DNA of 64,000 nt, from the NCBI GenBank assembly GCA_965228895.1, contig OZ245842.1, positions 5,216,001 to 5,280,000 of the forward strand. Reading direction: 5' to 3'. This DNA is from Alphaproteobacteria bacterium (lineage in GTDB: Bacteria > Pseudomonadota > Alphaproteobacteria > SP197). Positions 11,163-21,673 of this stretch are shown in pieces. Position 1 is the stretch's first letter. Every line of letters starts with the position of its first letter. The position numbers and the translations under genes were made by a program. The notes under the pieces were generated by a model. The model was given only the letters and a program-made list of their open reading frames with translations. It was not told the DNA's origin and did not search any database.

Positions 11163-11864
11163 ATGTTGACCCGACGTCATATCTGTTGCGGCCTGCCTGT
11201 GGCCGCTGCCGCCTCGACCCTGGCCCAACCTGTTTATGCGAGCGCCGCTGAGCCTCTTGCATCGGACGATAGTGCATCGCTGACGCCGGCCGACGTTCTC
11301 GCGGAGCTGAAAGCTGGCAACCAGCGTTTTGTCGCAGGCGACGTGCGCAAATGCGATCCCATGAGCCGCATCATCGCGACATCGGAAGGTCAGAACCCCA
11401 CGGCCTCCGTCATTGGTTGCATCGATTCCCGGGTGCCGCACGAGCAGGTTTTCGATCAGCGCATCGGCGACATCTTCAGCGCGCGCATTGCCGGCAACTT
11501 CGTGAATGTCGACATGGCCGGCAGCCTGGAGTTCGCGACCGCGATCGCCGGCGCCAAGCTCGTCGTTGTGCTCGGCCACAACAACTGCGGTGCGGTTAAG
11601 GGCGCCATCGACGGCGTGCAGTTGGGCAACCTCACGGCGACCTTGACCAACATCATGCCGGCGGTTGCCGAAATCGACCCCGACTACAGCGGTAGCTCAT
11701 CCGATGCCGCGCTCGTGCAGGACGTGGCGGTGGCCAACGTGAAACTCAACGTCGCGAAGTTGCTGCGCGACAGCGAGGTCATCCGTGACCTCGCCGAGAG
11801 CGGTGATCTCATGGTTGTCGGCGCCATGTACGACATCTCAACCGGCGTCGTCTCGTTCATGTGA
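11163..11864 (+). CDS. Beta-class carbonic anhydrase, probably Tat-exported
   Basis: CIDSRV and H-x-x-C (GHNNCGAV) Zn ligands; N-terminal TRRHI plus Ala-rich signal. Confidence 0.92.
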   Translation: MLTRRHICCGLPVAAAASTLAQPVYASAAEPLASDDSASLTPADVLAELKAGNQRFVAGDVRKCDPMSRIIATSEGQNPTASVIGCIDSRVPHEQVFDQRIGDIFSARIAGNFVNVDMAGSLEFATAIAGAKLVVVLGHNNCGAVKGAIDGVQLGNLTATLTNIMPAVAEIDPDYSGSSSDAALVQDVAVANVKLNVAKLLRDSEVIRDLAESGDLMVVGAMYDISTGVVSFM

Positions 11865-11936
11865 TGCGATGCGGCACGGGGTTATGAAACGCGCGGCAAA
11901 CGTTCTAAGGTCGCGGCCGACACATAGGGAGGGCCC

Positions 11937-13490
11937 ATGAACGGAGCCGAAAGTCTGGTGCGTACGCTGGTCGAGGGCGACGTCGACGTTTGTTTCACCA
12001 ACCCCGGCACGTCGGAGATGCATTTCTGCGCCGCGCTCGACAAGGTCGACGGCATGCGCTGCATCCTCGGCCTGTTCGAAGGTGTTGTGACCGGGGCGGC
12101 CGACGGTTACGGCCGCATGTTGGACAAGCCGGCGGCGACGCTGCTGCACACCGGTCCCGGTCTCGGCAACGGTCTGGCCAACCTGCATAACGCGAAAAAG
12201 GCGAACACGCCGATCGTCAACATCGTCGGCGAACACGCGACCTATCATATCGAGCACGACGCGCCTTTGACCGCCGATATCGAGGGCATCGCCTGGCCGG
12301 TCTCCCATTGGGTCAAGACATCCAGCGACGCGCCATCGGTCGCCGTCGACGGCGCCCAGGCGATCGCCGAGGCGTCCGCGGCGCCGGGCCGTATCGCGAC
12401 ACTGATCCTGCCGGCCGATACCGCCTGGAACGACGCCAAGGGACCGGCGGCTGTGCCGGAGGTCCTGCCGCCCGAGCCTGTCGACGAGGGCACCATCCGC
12501 AACTGCGCGGACATTCTGCGCTCCGGTGAGCCCGTCATGTTGAAGCTTGGTGGCAAGGCGCTGCGCGCGGATGCGCTCGCGATGGCAAACCGGATCGCCC
12601 AGAAAACCGGTGCTCAAATGCGCACGGAGTTCGGCGCCGCCCGGTGTGAACGCGGCGCCGGGCGGGTTGCCGTGGAACGCATGCCTTACATCGTCGATCA
12701 GGCGCTCGGCGTCACCAACGACATCAAACACATGATCGTCGTCGGCACCAAGAAGCCGGTCGCGTTTTTTGCCTATCCCGGCAAACCAAGCCTGCTCTAC
12801 CCCGAGACCTGCCAGGTCCACACGCTCGCCACGGTCGATCAGGATATTGCGGGCGCGCTGGCCTGGCTCGCCGACGAGCTTGGCGCGGGCGATCTCGATC
12901 CTCTACTGGAACAGCCGGATAAACCGGACCTGATGTCCGGCGACCTGACCTTGGAATCGATCGGTGCGGCGATCGGCCACCTGCTGCCCGACGGCTGCAT
13001 CGTCTCCGACGAGGCGATCACGTCGGGCCGCCATCTGCATCCGCTGACCCGTGGCGCGCCGCCGCACGACTGGTTGTTCGGCACCGGCGGCTCGATCGGC
13101 CGCGGTCTGCCCGAAGCCACCGGCGCCGCTATTGCCTGTCCCGACCGCAAGGTGCTGTCACTGACCGGCGACGGCAGCGCGATGTACACCATTCAGGCCT
13201 TGTGGACCCAGGCTCGCGAGAATTGCGACGTCACCACAGTCATCTTCAACAATGGCGGTTACGCCATCCTGCACGGTGAGCTGTTGAACGTCGGCGCCAA
13301 TCCAGGACCCAAGGCGCATGACATGTTCGACCTGGACCGGCCATCGATCGACTGGGTCGCCATGGCCGCCAGCATGGGTGTCGAGGGCGTGCGCGCCGAG
13401 ACGACCGAACAGTTCAACCGCGCGCTTGCCGCGGCGCTCTCGAACGACGGTCCCAATCTGATCGACGCGGTCCTGCCGGGTGCAGCCTGA
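11937..13490 (+). CDS. Acetolactate synthase large subunit-like ThDP enzyme
   Basis: MNGAESLV, NPGTSEMH, GDGSAMYT...NN ThDP motif. Confidence 0.9.
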   Translation: MNGAESLVRTLVEGDVDVCFTNPGTSEMHFCAALDKVDGMRCILGLFEGVVTGAADGYGRMLDKPAATLLHTGPGLGNGLANLHNAKKANTPIVNIVGEHATYHIEHDAPLTADIEGIAWPVSHWVKTSSDAPSVAVDGAQAIAEASAAPGRIATLILPADTAWNDAKGPAAVPEVLPPEPVDEGTIRNCADILRSGEPVMLKLGGKALRADALAMANRIAQKTGAQMRTEFGAARCERGAGRVAVERMPYIVDQALGVTNDIKHMIVVGTKKPVAFFAYPGKPSLLYPETCQVHTLATVDQDIAGALAWLADELGAGDLDPLLEQPDKPDLMSGDLTLESIGAAIGHLLPDGCIVSDEAITSGRHLHPLTRGAPPHDWLFGTGGSIGRGLPEATGAAIACPDRKVLSLTGDGSAMYTIQALWTQARENCDVTTVIFNNGGYAILHGELLNVGANPGPKAHDMFDLDRPSIDWVAMAASMGVEGVRAETTEQFNRALAAALSNDGPNLIDAVLPGAA

Positions 13491-14268
13491 GATCGTGAGC
13501 CACGACAACGAATACCACGATGCGATGATCGCGGTCCTGGAGCTGGTCTGGGGCGAGGGGTTCATGGCGCCGGGCGGCAAGGGCAATGTCGACCGCATGG
13601 TCGAAGGCTTCGACCTCGACGGCAAACGGGTGCTGGATATCGGCTGCGGTATCGGCGGTCCGGCGATCGTTCTGGCGCGCGACCACGGCGCCCATGTGAC
13701 CGGCACCGATCTTGAAGCGCCGCTCGTCGCGAAAGCCAAGGCCTATGGCAACGCGGCCGGTCTTGACGACAAGCTCGACTTCCAGGTGGTGGAAGCCGGC
13801 CCCTTGCCGTTTGACCACGGCAGTTTTGACATCGTGTTCAGTTCCGGCGCGTTCACCCAGATCGAGGACAAGGAGAGCATGTTCTCCGAATGCTTGCGTG
13901 TCCTCAATCCGGGCGGCTGGGTCACCGTCTACGACTGGCTGAAGTCGCCGGGCGAGTATAGCGACGCCATGCGCTACTGGTTCAAGATGGAGGGCCTGAC
14001 CTATGCCATGCGCACCCTCGAGAAATACCGCGAGGTGTTGCAGGGCGCCGGTCTCGTCGATGTCGTCGTCGAGGACGCATCGCCGTGGTATCGCCAGGAA
14101 GTCCGCCAGGAATACGAAAAGCTCAAGGGCCCGTTCTACGACCGTATGGTCGAGCTGATCGGCAAGGACGACGCCGACTACTTTGTCGAAAACTGGCGCG
14201 CCATGATGACAGTCTGCGAATCCGGCGAGATGCTCCAGGGTTACAGCCGCGGCCGTAAGCCGGGCTGA
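13480..14268 (+). CDS. SAM-dependent methyltransferase (N-methyltransferase-like)
   Basis: WGEGFMAPGG, VLDIGCGIGG, RVLNPGG. Confidence 0.88.
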   Translation: MQPEIVSHDNEYHDAMIAVLELVWGEGFMAPGGKGNVDRMVEGFDLDGKRVLDIGCGIGGPAIVLARDHGAHVTGTDLEAPLVAKAKAYGNAAGLDDKLDFQVVEAGPLPFDHGSFDIVFSSGAFTQIEDKESMFSECLRVLNPGGWVTVYDWLKSPGEYSDAMRYWFKMEGLTYAMRTLEKYREVLQGAGLVDVVVEDASPWYRQEVRQEYEKLKGPFYDRMVELIGKDDADYFVENWRAMMTVCESGEMLQGYSRGRKPG

Positions 14269-14277
14269 ACAAGGCTG

Positions 14278-14694
14278 TTAGGCCTTGATGCCGCACATTT
14301 GGCACAGGTCCTTCCAGTGCTGGTCGGAGACCGGCACGACCGAGAGGCGCGACTGGCGCACCAGGGCCAGATCGTCGAAACGGCCGTCCTGCTTGATCTC
14401 TTTCAGCGTCACCCGGTTCTTGACCGGCTTCAGCGGTTTGACATCGACGACGACCCAACTGGTGTCCGGCTCCGCCGTCGGGTCGTGATAGGCCTCCTTG
14501 GTCACCTGCATGACGCCGACGATCGCCTTCTGATCGACCGAGTGATAGAAAAACGCGCGGTCGCCCTTCTTCATCTTGCGGATATTGGCGGCGGCCTGGT
14601 GGTTGCGCACGCCGTCCCAATAGGTCTCGCCTTCTTTGACAAAGTCATCCCAGCTCCATTCGCTGGGTTCTTGTTTCAAAAGCCAATAGGCCAT
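14278..14694 (-). CDS. EVE domain protein
   Basis: YWLLKQEP, WDGVRNHQA, FFYHS, RQSRLSV. Confidence 0.93.
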   Translation of the reverse strand: MAYWLLKQEPSEWSWDDFVKEGETYWDGVRNHQAAANIRKMKKGDRAFFYHSVDQKAIVGVMQVTKEAYHDPTAEPDTSWVVVDVKPLKPVKNRVTLKEIKQDGRFDDLALVRQSRLSVVPVSDQHWKDLCQMCGIKA

Positions 14695-14707
14695 GACGCG
14701 GCCCTCC

Positions 14708-15001
14708 CTAGCTGACGTCAGTGGTGCCGAGCACGGCCTTCCAGGGTCGGATCTCGACCCGCTCGAAGACACCGTTGATGGCATAGGGGTCCTGGGCCGC
14801 CCATGCCTTGGCGGCGTCGAGATCGTCGGCCTCGATGACCAGCATGGAACCGATCATGGCTTGGCCGTCATCGCCCAGAAGCGGTCCGCCGAGTCGGATC
14901 ATCGCGGCGTGTTCGCCGGCAAACGCCAAATGTGCGTCGCGGTTGGCAAGCCGCGCCGACCCGTCACCGGCCTTGTCGATCGCGTGTATGACAAAAAGCA
15001 T
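14708..15001 (-). CDS. YciI family protein
   Basis: R.AHL, GGPLL, GSMLV, DPY; conserved synteny with gpsA and EVE. Confidence 0.9.
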   Translation of the reverse strand: MLFVIHAIDKAGDGSARLANRDAHLAFAGEHAAMIRLGGPLLGDDGQAMIGSMLVIEADDLDAAKAWAAQDPYAINGVFERVEIRPWKAVLGTTDVS

Positions 15002-15018
15002 GATCGTCTTCCTTTGTT

Positions 15019-16032
15019 TCAACGCTTGTTGGCGGCGACCCCATCAAACTCCGCGCCGGACGGACGCATCATCAAGTTGCCGGCGGCGTCGTCAACCGTC
15101 AGCCGGCCCGCCAGCACGTCGTCGACGGCCGAGCAGATCGGCATTTCGATGCCGTGGCGCTTGGCAAGCGCCAGGACCGCCGGCGCCGCCACCGCGCCTT
15201 CCACGACACTTGCCCGCCCGGCCATGATGTCGGCGAAACTCTCGCCCCGGCCAAGCGCCAAGCCGGTCGAATAGTTGCGCGACTTTTCGCCGGTCGCGGT
15301 CAAGACGAGATCGCCCAGGCCGCTCAAGCCCATCAGCGTTTCCTGGCGCCCGCCGAGCGCCATGCCGAGGCGCACCATTTCGGCCAGACCGCGGCTGATC
15401 AAGGCCGCGCGCGCGTTGTCGCCCAGGCCTCGGCCCATGGCGATACCGCAGGCGATCGCGATGACGTTCTTGACCGCGCCGCCGATCTCGATGCCGTCGA
15501 GATCGTCGCTTTGGTAGATACGGAAGTTGGGCGACGTCAGCGCATCGGCGAGAATCACCGGCACGTCGTCCGCGCCGGCAACCGTCACGGCAGTCGGCAG
15601 GTCGCGCGCGACATCGGCGGCGAAAGATGGCCCGCTCAACGCTGCGATCCGCGCCTCCGGCAGTTCGTCGGCGGCAATGCCGGTCATCAGCTCGCCGGTC
15701 GCCAACTCGATGCCCTTTGTGCAGACGCAGGCGATGGCGCCGGGCTTCAAGGTCTTGGCGAGGTCATGGGCGACGGTGCGGAAGTGGGCCGACGGCATGA
15801 CCAGCAGGACAATGGCGCGATCGGCCAGTCCGCTTAGGTCGGCGGTCGCCCGGATGGCGGGATCGAGCGCGATGCCCGGAAGAAAGACGGGGTTGTCGTG
15901 GTCGGCATTGATGGACGCGACGGTCTCCGCCTCATGGGCCCATAGAAGGACGTCGCAGCCGGCGCGCCGCGCGTTGATGGCAAGGGCGGTACCCCAGGCG
16001 CCACCACCGACGATGCCGACCGATCCCGTCAT
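15019..16032 (-). CDS. gpsA: NAD(P)H-dependent glycerol-3-phosphate dehydrogenase
   Basis: [41 protein letters not shown]. Confidence 0.96.
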   Translation of the reverse strand: MTGSVGIVGGGAWGTALAINARRAGCDVLLWAHEAETVASINADHDNPVFLPGIALDPAIRATADLSGLADRAIVLLVMPSAHFRTVAHDLAKTLKPGAIACVCTKGIELATGELMTGIAADELPEARIAALSGPSFAADVARDLPTAVTVAGADDVPVILADALTSPNFRIYQSDDLDGIEIGGAVKNVIAIACGIAMGRGLGDNARAALISRGLAEMVRLGMALGGRQETLMGLSGLGDLVLTATGEKSRNYSTGLALGRGESFADIMAGRASVVEGAVAAPAVLALAKRHGIEMPICSAVDDVLAGRLTVDDAAGNLMMRPSGAEFDGVAANKR

Positions 16033-17078
16033 GCCTTGGCTCCTGCGGATGCCCGAGCCGCCTCGGGGTCGAGCGGCCAGCGGGCCCGCGCCGGGATGTC
16101 GAGCGCATCCGTTTCGCCCAAACGAAAACGCTCCAGACCGGCCCAGGCGATCATGACCGCGTTGTCGGTGCAGAGCCGCGGCGGTGGCGCCACCAGTGTC
16201 ATAGCGTGCGTCTCCGCGGTCACCTCCAGAGCCTGGCGCAGCGCCTTGTTGGCGGCGACCCCGCCGGCGACGACCAGGGTGGACGCCCCTGGATGGACAG
16301 CGTGAAACATCGTGATCGCGTTGGCCGTCCGGTCGGAGATCGTGTCGACCACCGCTTGCTGGAACGAGGCGGCGAGGTCGGCGCGATCGCCATCGTTCAT
16401 GGGCTCTTGGGCCTCCATGACATGGCGCACGGCGGTCTTCAGGCCGGAAAACGAGAAATCGCAGCCGTCGCGTCCAAGCATCGGGCGCGGCAGAGAAAAA
16501 CGTGCGGAATCAGCAGTTTGAGCGGCTCTCTCGACCGCCGGGCCGCCGGGAAACCCCAGCCCCAACAGCTTGGCTGTCTTGTCGAAGGCCTCGCCGACCG
16601 CATCATCGACCGTTGTGCCCAGGCGCTGGTAACGGCCGACGCCGTCGACGATCAAAAGCTGGCAATGGCCGCCGGAAATCAGCAGCAGCAGGTAAGGAAA
16701 GTCAACGCCGTCGGTCAGGCGGGCGGTCAGCGCGTGACCTTCCAGATGGTTGACGGCGACCAGCGGCAAACGGTGGGCCGCGGCGATCGCCTTGGCCTCC
16801 ATCAGACCGACGATGACGCCGCCGACAAGACCCGGGCCGGCGGTGACGGCGATAGCGTCAAGGTCGGACCAAGCCAGATTCGCTTCGTCCATCGCACGGC
16901 GGATCAGCGGGTCCAGGTGATCGATATGGCTGCGCGCGGCGATCTCCGGCACGACGCCGCCATAGGGAGCATGCTCGGCGATCTGCGACAACACGAGGTC
17001 GGCCAGGATATCGCCGTCGCCATTCACGACCGCGACGGCTGTCTCGTCGCAGCTTGTCTCAATACCCAACATGTTCAT
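16029..17078 (-). CDS. tsaD: tRNA N6-threonylcarbamoyladenosine transferase subunit
   Basis: [45 protein letters not shown]. Confidence 0.97.
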   Translation of the reverse strand: MNMLGIETSCDETAVAVVNGDGDILADLVLSQIAEHAPYGGVVPEIAARSHIDHLDPLIRRAMDEANLAWSDLDAIAVTAGPGLVGGVIVGLMEAKAIAAAHRLPLVAVNHLEGHALTARLTDGVDFPYLLLLISGGHCQLLIVDGVGRYQRLGTTVDDAVGEAFDKTAKLLGLGFPGGPAVERAAQTADSARFSLPRPMLGRDGCDFSFSGLKTAVRHVMEAQEPMNDGDRADLAASFQQAVVDTISDRTANAITMFHAVHPGASTLVVAGGVAANKALRQALEVTAETHAMTLVAPPPRLCTDNAVMIAWAGLERFRLGETDALDIPARARWPLDPEAARASAGAKA

Positions 17079-17173
17079 GGCGCCAATGTAGGGTGCTGGC
17101 CCTGCCTTGCCTACCGCCAGCACGCGATCTGCGGTGTCGACACGGCCCCGACATCGTCCTAAAGCATGCCGCC

Positions 17174-18091
17174 ATGACGGCGATCAAACTCGGCACGCGC
17201 GGCAGCAAGCTCGCGCTCTGGCAGGCTCATGCGGCGCGTGACGCGCTCATGGCTGCCTTCCCCGACGAGCCGGAGCCCGAAATCGTGGTGATCAAGACGA
17301 CCGGCGACCGGGTGCGCGACCGCCTGTTGTCGGAGATCGGCGGCAAGGGCCTGTTCACCAAGGAAATCGACAAGGCGCTGCTTGAAGGCCGTATCGACGC
17401 GGCCGTCCATTCCATGAAGGACGTCGAGACTTGGCTTACAGACGGCACGGCGCTGGTTTCGTTTCTGCCGCGCGAAGATCCGCGCGAGGCTTTCCTTTCC
17501 GCGTCCGCCGCTTCGCTTGACGGTTTGCCGCAAGGTGCCAAGGTTGGCACCGCATCGATCCGGCGGACCGCGCAACTGCTGGCGCGCCGGCCGGATCTGG
17601 AGATCGTCATGCTGCGCGGCAACGTGGATACACGCATCGCCAAACTGGCGGCCGGCGAGATGGCCGCGACCTTGCTGGCGATCGCCGGTCTGAAGCGCTT
17701 GGGCCGCGACGGTGAGGCCGCCGCGGTGCTTGACCCCGCCGACATGCTGCCCGCCGCCGGCCAGGGCGCCATCGGTTTTGTCTGCCGCGCCGATGACGCG
17801 CGAACCCTTGAAAGGCTTGAGGCCATCAACGACATCGCCGCCGCAACCGAAGTCACCGCCGAGCGCGCGGTCCTCGCCCGGCTTGACGGTTCGTGCCACA
17901 CACCGATTGCCGCGCTCGCCCGCGTCAACGGTGATAGCCTCCATCTCGACGCCATGGTGCTGGCGACCGACGGCAGCCAGCAGATCGCAGCGGCGTCCGA
18001 AGGTTCGCTGACCGACCCCGCTGGCCTGGGCGACGCGGTCGGCCTTGACCTGCTTGAGCGCGGCGCGCGGGCTCTCTTGGCCGGCGGCTGA
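17174..18091 (+). CDS. hemC: Hydroxymethylbilane synthase
   Basis: [41 protein letters not shown]. Confidence 0.97.
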   Translation: MTAIKLGTRGSKLALWQAHAARDALMAAFPDEPEPEIVVIKTTGDRVRDRLLSEIGGKGLFTKEIDKALLEGRIDAAVHSMKDVETWLTDGTALVSFLPREDPREAFLSASAASLDGLPQGAKVGTASIRRTAQLLARRPDLEIVMLRGNVDTRIAKLAAGEMAATLLAIAGLKRLGRDGEAAAVLDPADMLPAAGQGAIGFVCRADDARTLERLEAINDIAAATEVTAERAVLARLDGSCHTPIAALARVNGDSLHLDAMVLATDGSQQIAAASEGSLTDPAGLGDAVGLDLLERGARALLAGG

Positions 18092-18808
18092 ATGCGCGTC
18101 CTCATCACGCGGCCTGAGGTGGACGCCCGGTCCTTCGCCGACAAGCTTGCCGAACGCGGTGTCGAAAGCGTCATCGCGCCGGTCATGACCGTGGTCTTCA
18201 ACGAAGGCCTGGATCTGGACCTTGACGATACCCAAGCCGTGCTCCTGACCAGCGCCAACGGGGCGCGGGCCTTGGCGCGCGCCACAGAACGGCGTGATTT
18301 CGATGTTGTGGCCGTCGGGCCCGCCACGGCGGATGAGGCGCGTGAACGAGGGTTTGCCTCGGTCGCGACCGCCGGCGGTGATGTCGAGACATTGGCTGAT
18401 CTCGTCATCGAACGGCTTCAGCCGACCGCCGGAACCCTGCTTCACGTCGCAGGGAGCGTCACGGCCGGCGATCTCGCGGGGCGGCTGAAAACCGCGGGTT
18501 TCTCTGTCAAACGCGCGGTTGCCTACCGTGCGCAGGCGCTGGATACGTTGCCTGCAGCGGCCTGCGACGCGATTACCCACGGCACCGTCCAGGGTGCGGC
18601 ATTTTTCTCGCCGCGTACCGCGGCCGTCTTTGTTAAGCTGGCCCATGCGGCGGGTGTCGAGGACCGGCTACAGGGGCTTCAGGTCTTCTGTTTGAGCGAG
18701 GCGGTGGCCGAGGCGAGCGAAGCGGCCACCTGGCGGGAGATTCTCGTGGCCGCGCAACCTGACGGCGGGGCGCTGATCGATCTGATATGCTCTGCCCTGA
18801 CCGACTAA
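18092..18808 (+). CDS. hemD: Uroporphyrinogen-III synthase
   Basis: VLITRP, TSANG, VGPATA, FFSPRTA; directly follows hemC. Confidence 0.93.
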   Translation: MRVLITRPEVDARSFADKLAERGVESVIAPVMTVVFNEGLDLDLDDTQAVLLTSANGARALARATERRDFDVVAVGPATADEARERGFASVATAGGDVETLADLVIERLQPTAGTLLHVAGSVTAGDLAGRLKTAGFSVKRAVAYRAQALDTLPAAACDAITHGTVQGAAFFSPRTAAVFVKLAHAAGVEDRLQGLQVFCLSEAVAEASEAATWREILVAAQPDGGALIDLICSALTD

Positions 18809-18824
18809 CTGACAGGCGCACGCC

Positions 18825-20279
18825 ATGCAGGACAAGGATAAAGACAAGAAGACCGATAAGCCTGAGACGGACGAGACCAAACGCGACGACGACACGCCAT
18901 GGTCGGCCAAGCCCGAAACGAACGACGAAAAGCCGGCAACCGACGGCGCCGACATAGCCGACGCCGACGACACCGAAGTCGACCCCGCAAGCATGACCGA
19001 CGTGACGGATGTTGCCGAAGAGACCGACGGCAAGGCAGATGACCTTGCCGATGCGGCGGAACCGGTCGATGAAAGCTTGAGCGCGGACGCAGAGACCGCA
19101 ACACAGGATCCTCCGCGCGAGCATAAGCGCGGCTTATCGTTCGGCGGCATTCTTGGCATCATCGTTCTGGTCGTGGTGGTGGCTGGGGCTGTTGCGTGGT
19201 TTGGGCCGCGTCTTTTCCCCAACGAGGCGGCAACGCTGAGTTCCGAGTTTGAGCAGAAACTTGCCGCGCTCGAAGCCGATGTCGGCAATCTTGGCGACCT
19301 CAGCGACCGTGTGTCGAAGCTTGAGTCCGACGTGGCGTCAGCGACGTCGTCGACGGATACGTCGAGCGACCTCACCAATCAGGTCAGCGACCTCGGCGAC
19401 CGCGTCACCAAACTGGAGACGACGGCGAGTACGGCTACGGGCACAACGACGGGCACCGGCGACACGCCAGATATCTCGGCGCTCGAAGATCAGATCAAGA
19501 AACTCGAAGCTTCCGTCGCCGCCCTGTCGTCGGCATCCACGGGTGACAGCACGGGCGATGCCGGCGCGCTCAGCCAATCGGTGACGGCGCTGCAGCAAGA
19601 GGTCGAGGCGACGTCTCAGGCGGTCAGCGACCTGAAAGATGAAATTGCCAAGCTCGACAATCTCTCCGGCGATGTCACCAGCCTCTCTGGCGACGTCACC
19701 AGCCTGACCAGTCAGGTCAACCAGTTGGCGGGCCGCAGTGTCGATCCCAAGGCGGCCTTTGTCGTTGCCATCGGCCAGTTGCGCGAGGCGGCCATGAGCT
19801 CGGGCGCGTTCGATCAGCAGCTTTCCGCAGCCAGCGCCGTCGCCCCCGATGACAGCGATGCCCAGGCCGCGCTCGCCAAGCTTGAGCCGTTGGCAGCGTC
19901 GGGTGTCGCCTCACTCTCCAGCCTGCAGGCCGATTTCGGTGCGACCGCGGATGCGGTGGTGGCGGCTTCAAACGCCGGCAGCGGCTGGATCGATCAGACG
20001 TTGTCGAGCCTGGAGGGCCTGGTCTCGATCCGGCGGGTCGGCAGCGATGTCGAAGGCGATACGCCTGAGGCTGTGGTTGCCCGTGCGGAAGCTGCGCTGG
20101 ATGCCGGTGACCTGAGCACCGCGGTCAACGACGTGTCGAGCCTGACTGGCGACGCGGCGACCGCAGCGGCCGACTGGCTGGCCAAGGCGCGCGACCGGCT
20201 GGACGTCGATCAAGCGCTCGAGACCTTAAGCGCGCGGGCGTCGGGGCTGGTGACCGGCGCTACCGAGAGCGGCAGCTAA
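18825..20279 (+). CDS. COG4223 / mitofilin (Mic60-like) membrane-anchored coiled-coil protein
   Basis: Acidic N-terminus, single TM, long coiled coil, C-terminal LVSIRR...ARAEAAL..GDL..A...W mitofilin-like region; position between hemD and hemY. Confidence 0.85.
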   Translation: MQDKDKDKKTDKPETDETKRDDDTPWSAKPETNDEKPATDGADIADADDTEVDPASMTDVTDVAEETDGKADDLADAAEPVDESLSADAETATQDPPREHKRGLSFGGILGIIVLVVVVAGAVAWFGPRLFPNEAATLSSEFEQKLAALEADVGNLGDLSDRVSKLESDVASATSSTDTSSDLTNQVSDLGDRVTKLETTASTATGTTTGTGDTPDISALEDQIKKLEASVAALSSASTGDSTGDAGALSQSVTALQQEVEATSQAVSDLKDEIAKLDNLSGDVTSLSGDVTSLTSQVNQLAGRSVDPKAAFVVAIGQLREAAMSSGAFDQQLSAASAVAPDDSDAQAALAKLEPLAASGVASLSSLQADFGATADAVVAASNAGSGWIDQTLSSLEGLVSIRRVGSDVEGDTPEAVVARAEAALDAGDLSTAVNDVSSLTGDAATAAADWLAKARDRLDVDQALETLSARASGLVTGATESGS

Positions 20280-20282
20280 GCC

Positions 20283-21614
20283 ATGCGTCGTCTGGTATTT
20301 TATGTTCTCGGCCTGGCGATCCTGATCGCCGTTGCCGTCTGGCTTGCCGACCGCCCCGGCAATGTCGAGATTCAATGGGGTGATTACCTGATCACCACGT
20401 CGGTGGCGGTCCTGGTCTTGATCGTTGTCATCTTGGCGGTGGTCGTTGCGATCCTCTATCGCGGCTGGATCTGGCTCAAGAAAGGGCCCGGTCGGTGGCG
20501 CAAATCGCTGCACCAGAACCGTCGCGAGAAGGGGTACGAGTCCCTGACACGTGGCCTCGTCGCGCTCGCCGCCGGTGATTCCAGCGAGGCCCGCCGCTAT
20601 GCGCGCCGCGCCGACGACATGCTCGACCGGCCGCCGCTGACGCTTTTGCTGTCGGCCCAGGCGGCCCAGCTTGACGGCGACGACAAGGCGGCGACCGAGA
20701 CCTTCGAAGCCATGCTGGAACGACCGGAAACCGAATTCCTGGGTCTGCGCGGCCTGATGGTGGAGGCGCTGCGGCGGGGCGACTATCAGGCGGCCCGTGA
20801 GTATGCCCGGCGCGCCCACCAGTTGCGCCCCGACGCCGCCTGGGCGGCCGAGGCGCTGTTCGAGCTGGAGACCCGCGACGGCGACTGGCAGTCCGCTCAG
20901 CGCACGCTCGAATCCGCTGTCGACCGGCGTGCGCTCGGCAAAACCGCCAGCAAACGCCGTCGCGCCGTCGTCCTGGTCGAGCGCGCCCGCGATGCGCTCA
21001 AGGATCTCAGGCGGTCGGAAGCCATCAAGCTTGCCCGCGAGGCCCATGCGGAGTCGCCGGAGCTGGTACCGGCCGCGGTTCTGCTGGCCGACCTCCTGGT
21101 CGACGAGCAGAAGTTCCGCCCGGCCGCCAAGACAATCGAGCAGACCTGGGTCATCAACCCCCATCCCGATTTGGCTGAGGCCTACCGGCGCGCCGCGCGG
21201 GACGAGGACGCGATCGCCACCTATCGGCGCATGGAAAAACTGGTCAAGGCGGCGCCGAACGCGATTGAATCGCATGTCGCGTCGGCCCGCGCCGCGCTCG
21301 ATGCCGGCCTGACCGGCGAGGCGCGGCGGCACCTGGACGATGCGGCCAAGATCGAGATGAGCCACCGGATCGCCCAGCTCTACGTCGCGCTGGAGGAAAA
21401 GGAAGGCAATGGCGAGGCGGCCCAGGATTGGCTGCGCAAGGCCGCCGATGCGGAGGTCGACGAAGGTTGGCAATGCGAGCGGTGTGGCCATATTGCGGAC
21501 ACCTGGATGCCGGTTTGCCCGCACTGCGGAACCTTCGATTCACTTGCCTGGACCAAACCCCATGCCGTCGCGCCGGCCGTCACAAGCCGCGCTTTGACCC
21601 CCTTGGCGTCATAA
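20283..21614 (+). CDS. HemY-like TPR membrane protein
   Basis: Two N-terminal TMs (WLADRPG), TPR-like helices, C-terminal C-x2-C...C-x2-C knuckle. Confidence 0.88.
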   Translation: MRRLVFYVLGLAILIAVAVWLADRPGNVEIQWGDYLITTSVAVLVLIVVILAVVVAILYRGWIWLKKGPGRWRKSLHQNRREKGYESLTRGLVALAAGDSSEARRYARRADDMLDRPPLTLLLSAQAAQLDGDDKAATETFEAMLERPETEFLGLRGLMVEALRRGDYQAAREYARRAHQLRPDAAWAAEALFELETRDGDWQSAQRTLESAVDRRALGKTASKRRRAVVLVERARDALKDLRRSEAIKLAREAHAESPELVPAAVLLADLLVDEQKFRPAAKTIEQTWVINPHPDLAEAYRRAARDEDAIATYRRMEKLVKAAPNAIESHVASARAALDAGLTGEARRHLDDAAKIEMSHRIAQLYVALEEKEGNGEAAQDWLRKAADAEVDEGWQCERCGHIADTWMPVCPHCGTFDSLAWTKPHAVAPAVTSRALTPLAS

Positions 21615-21673
21615 TTCGGCCCTAGCGTGGGGCCATTCAAACGACCCCCATCGACCTCCAGGAGGCGCTTGTC

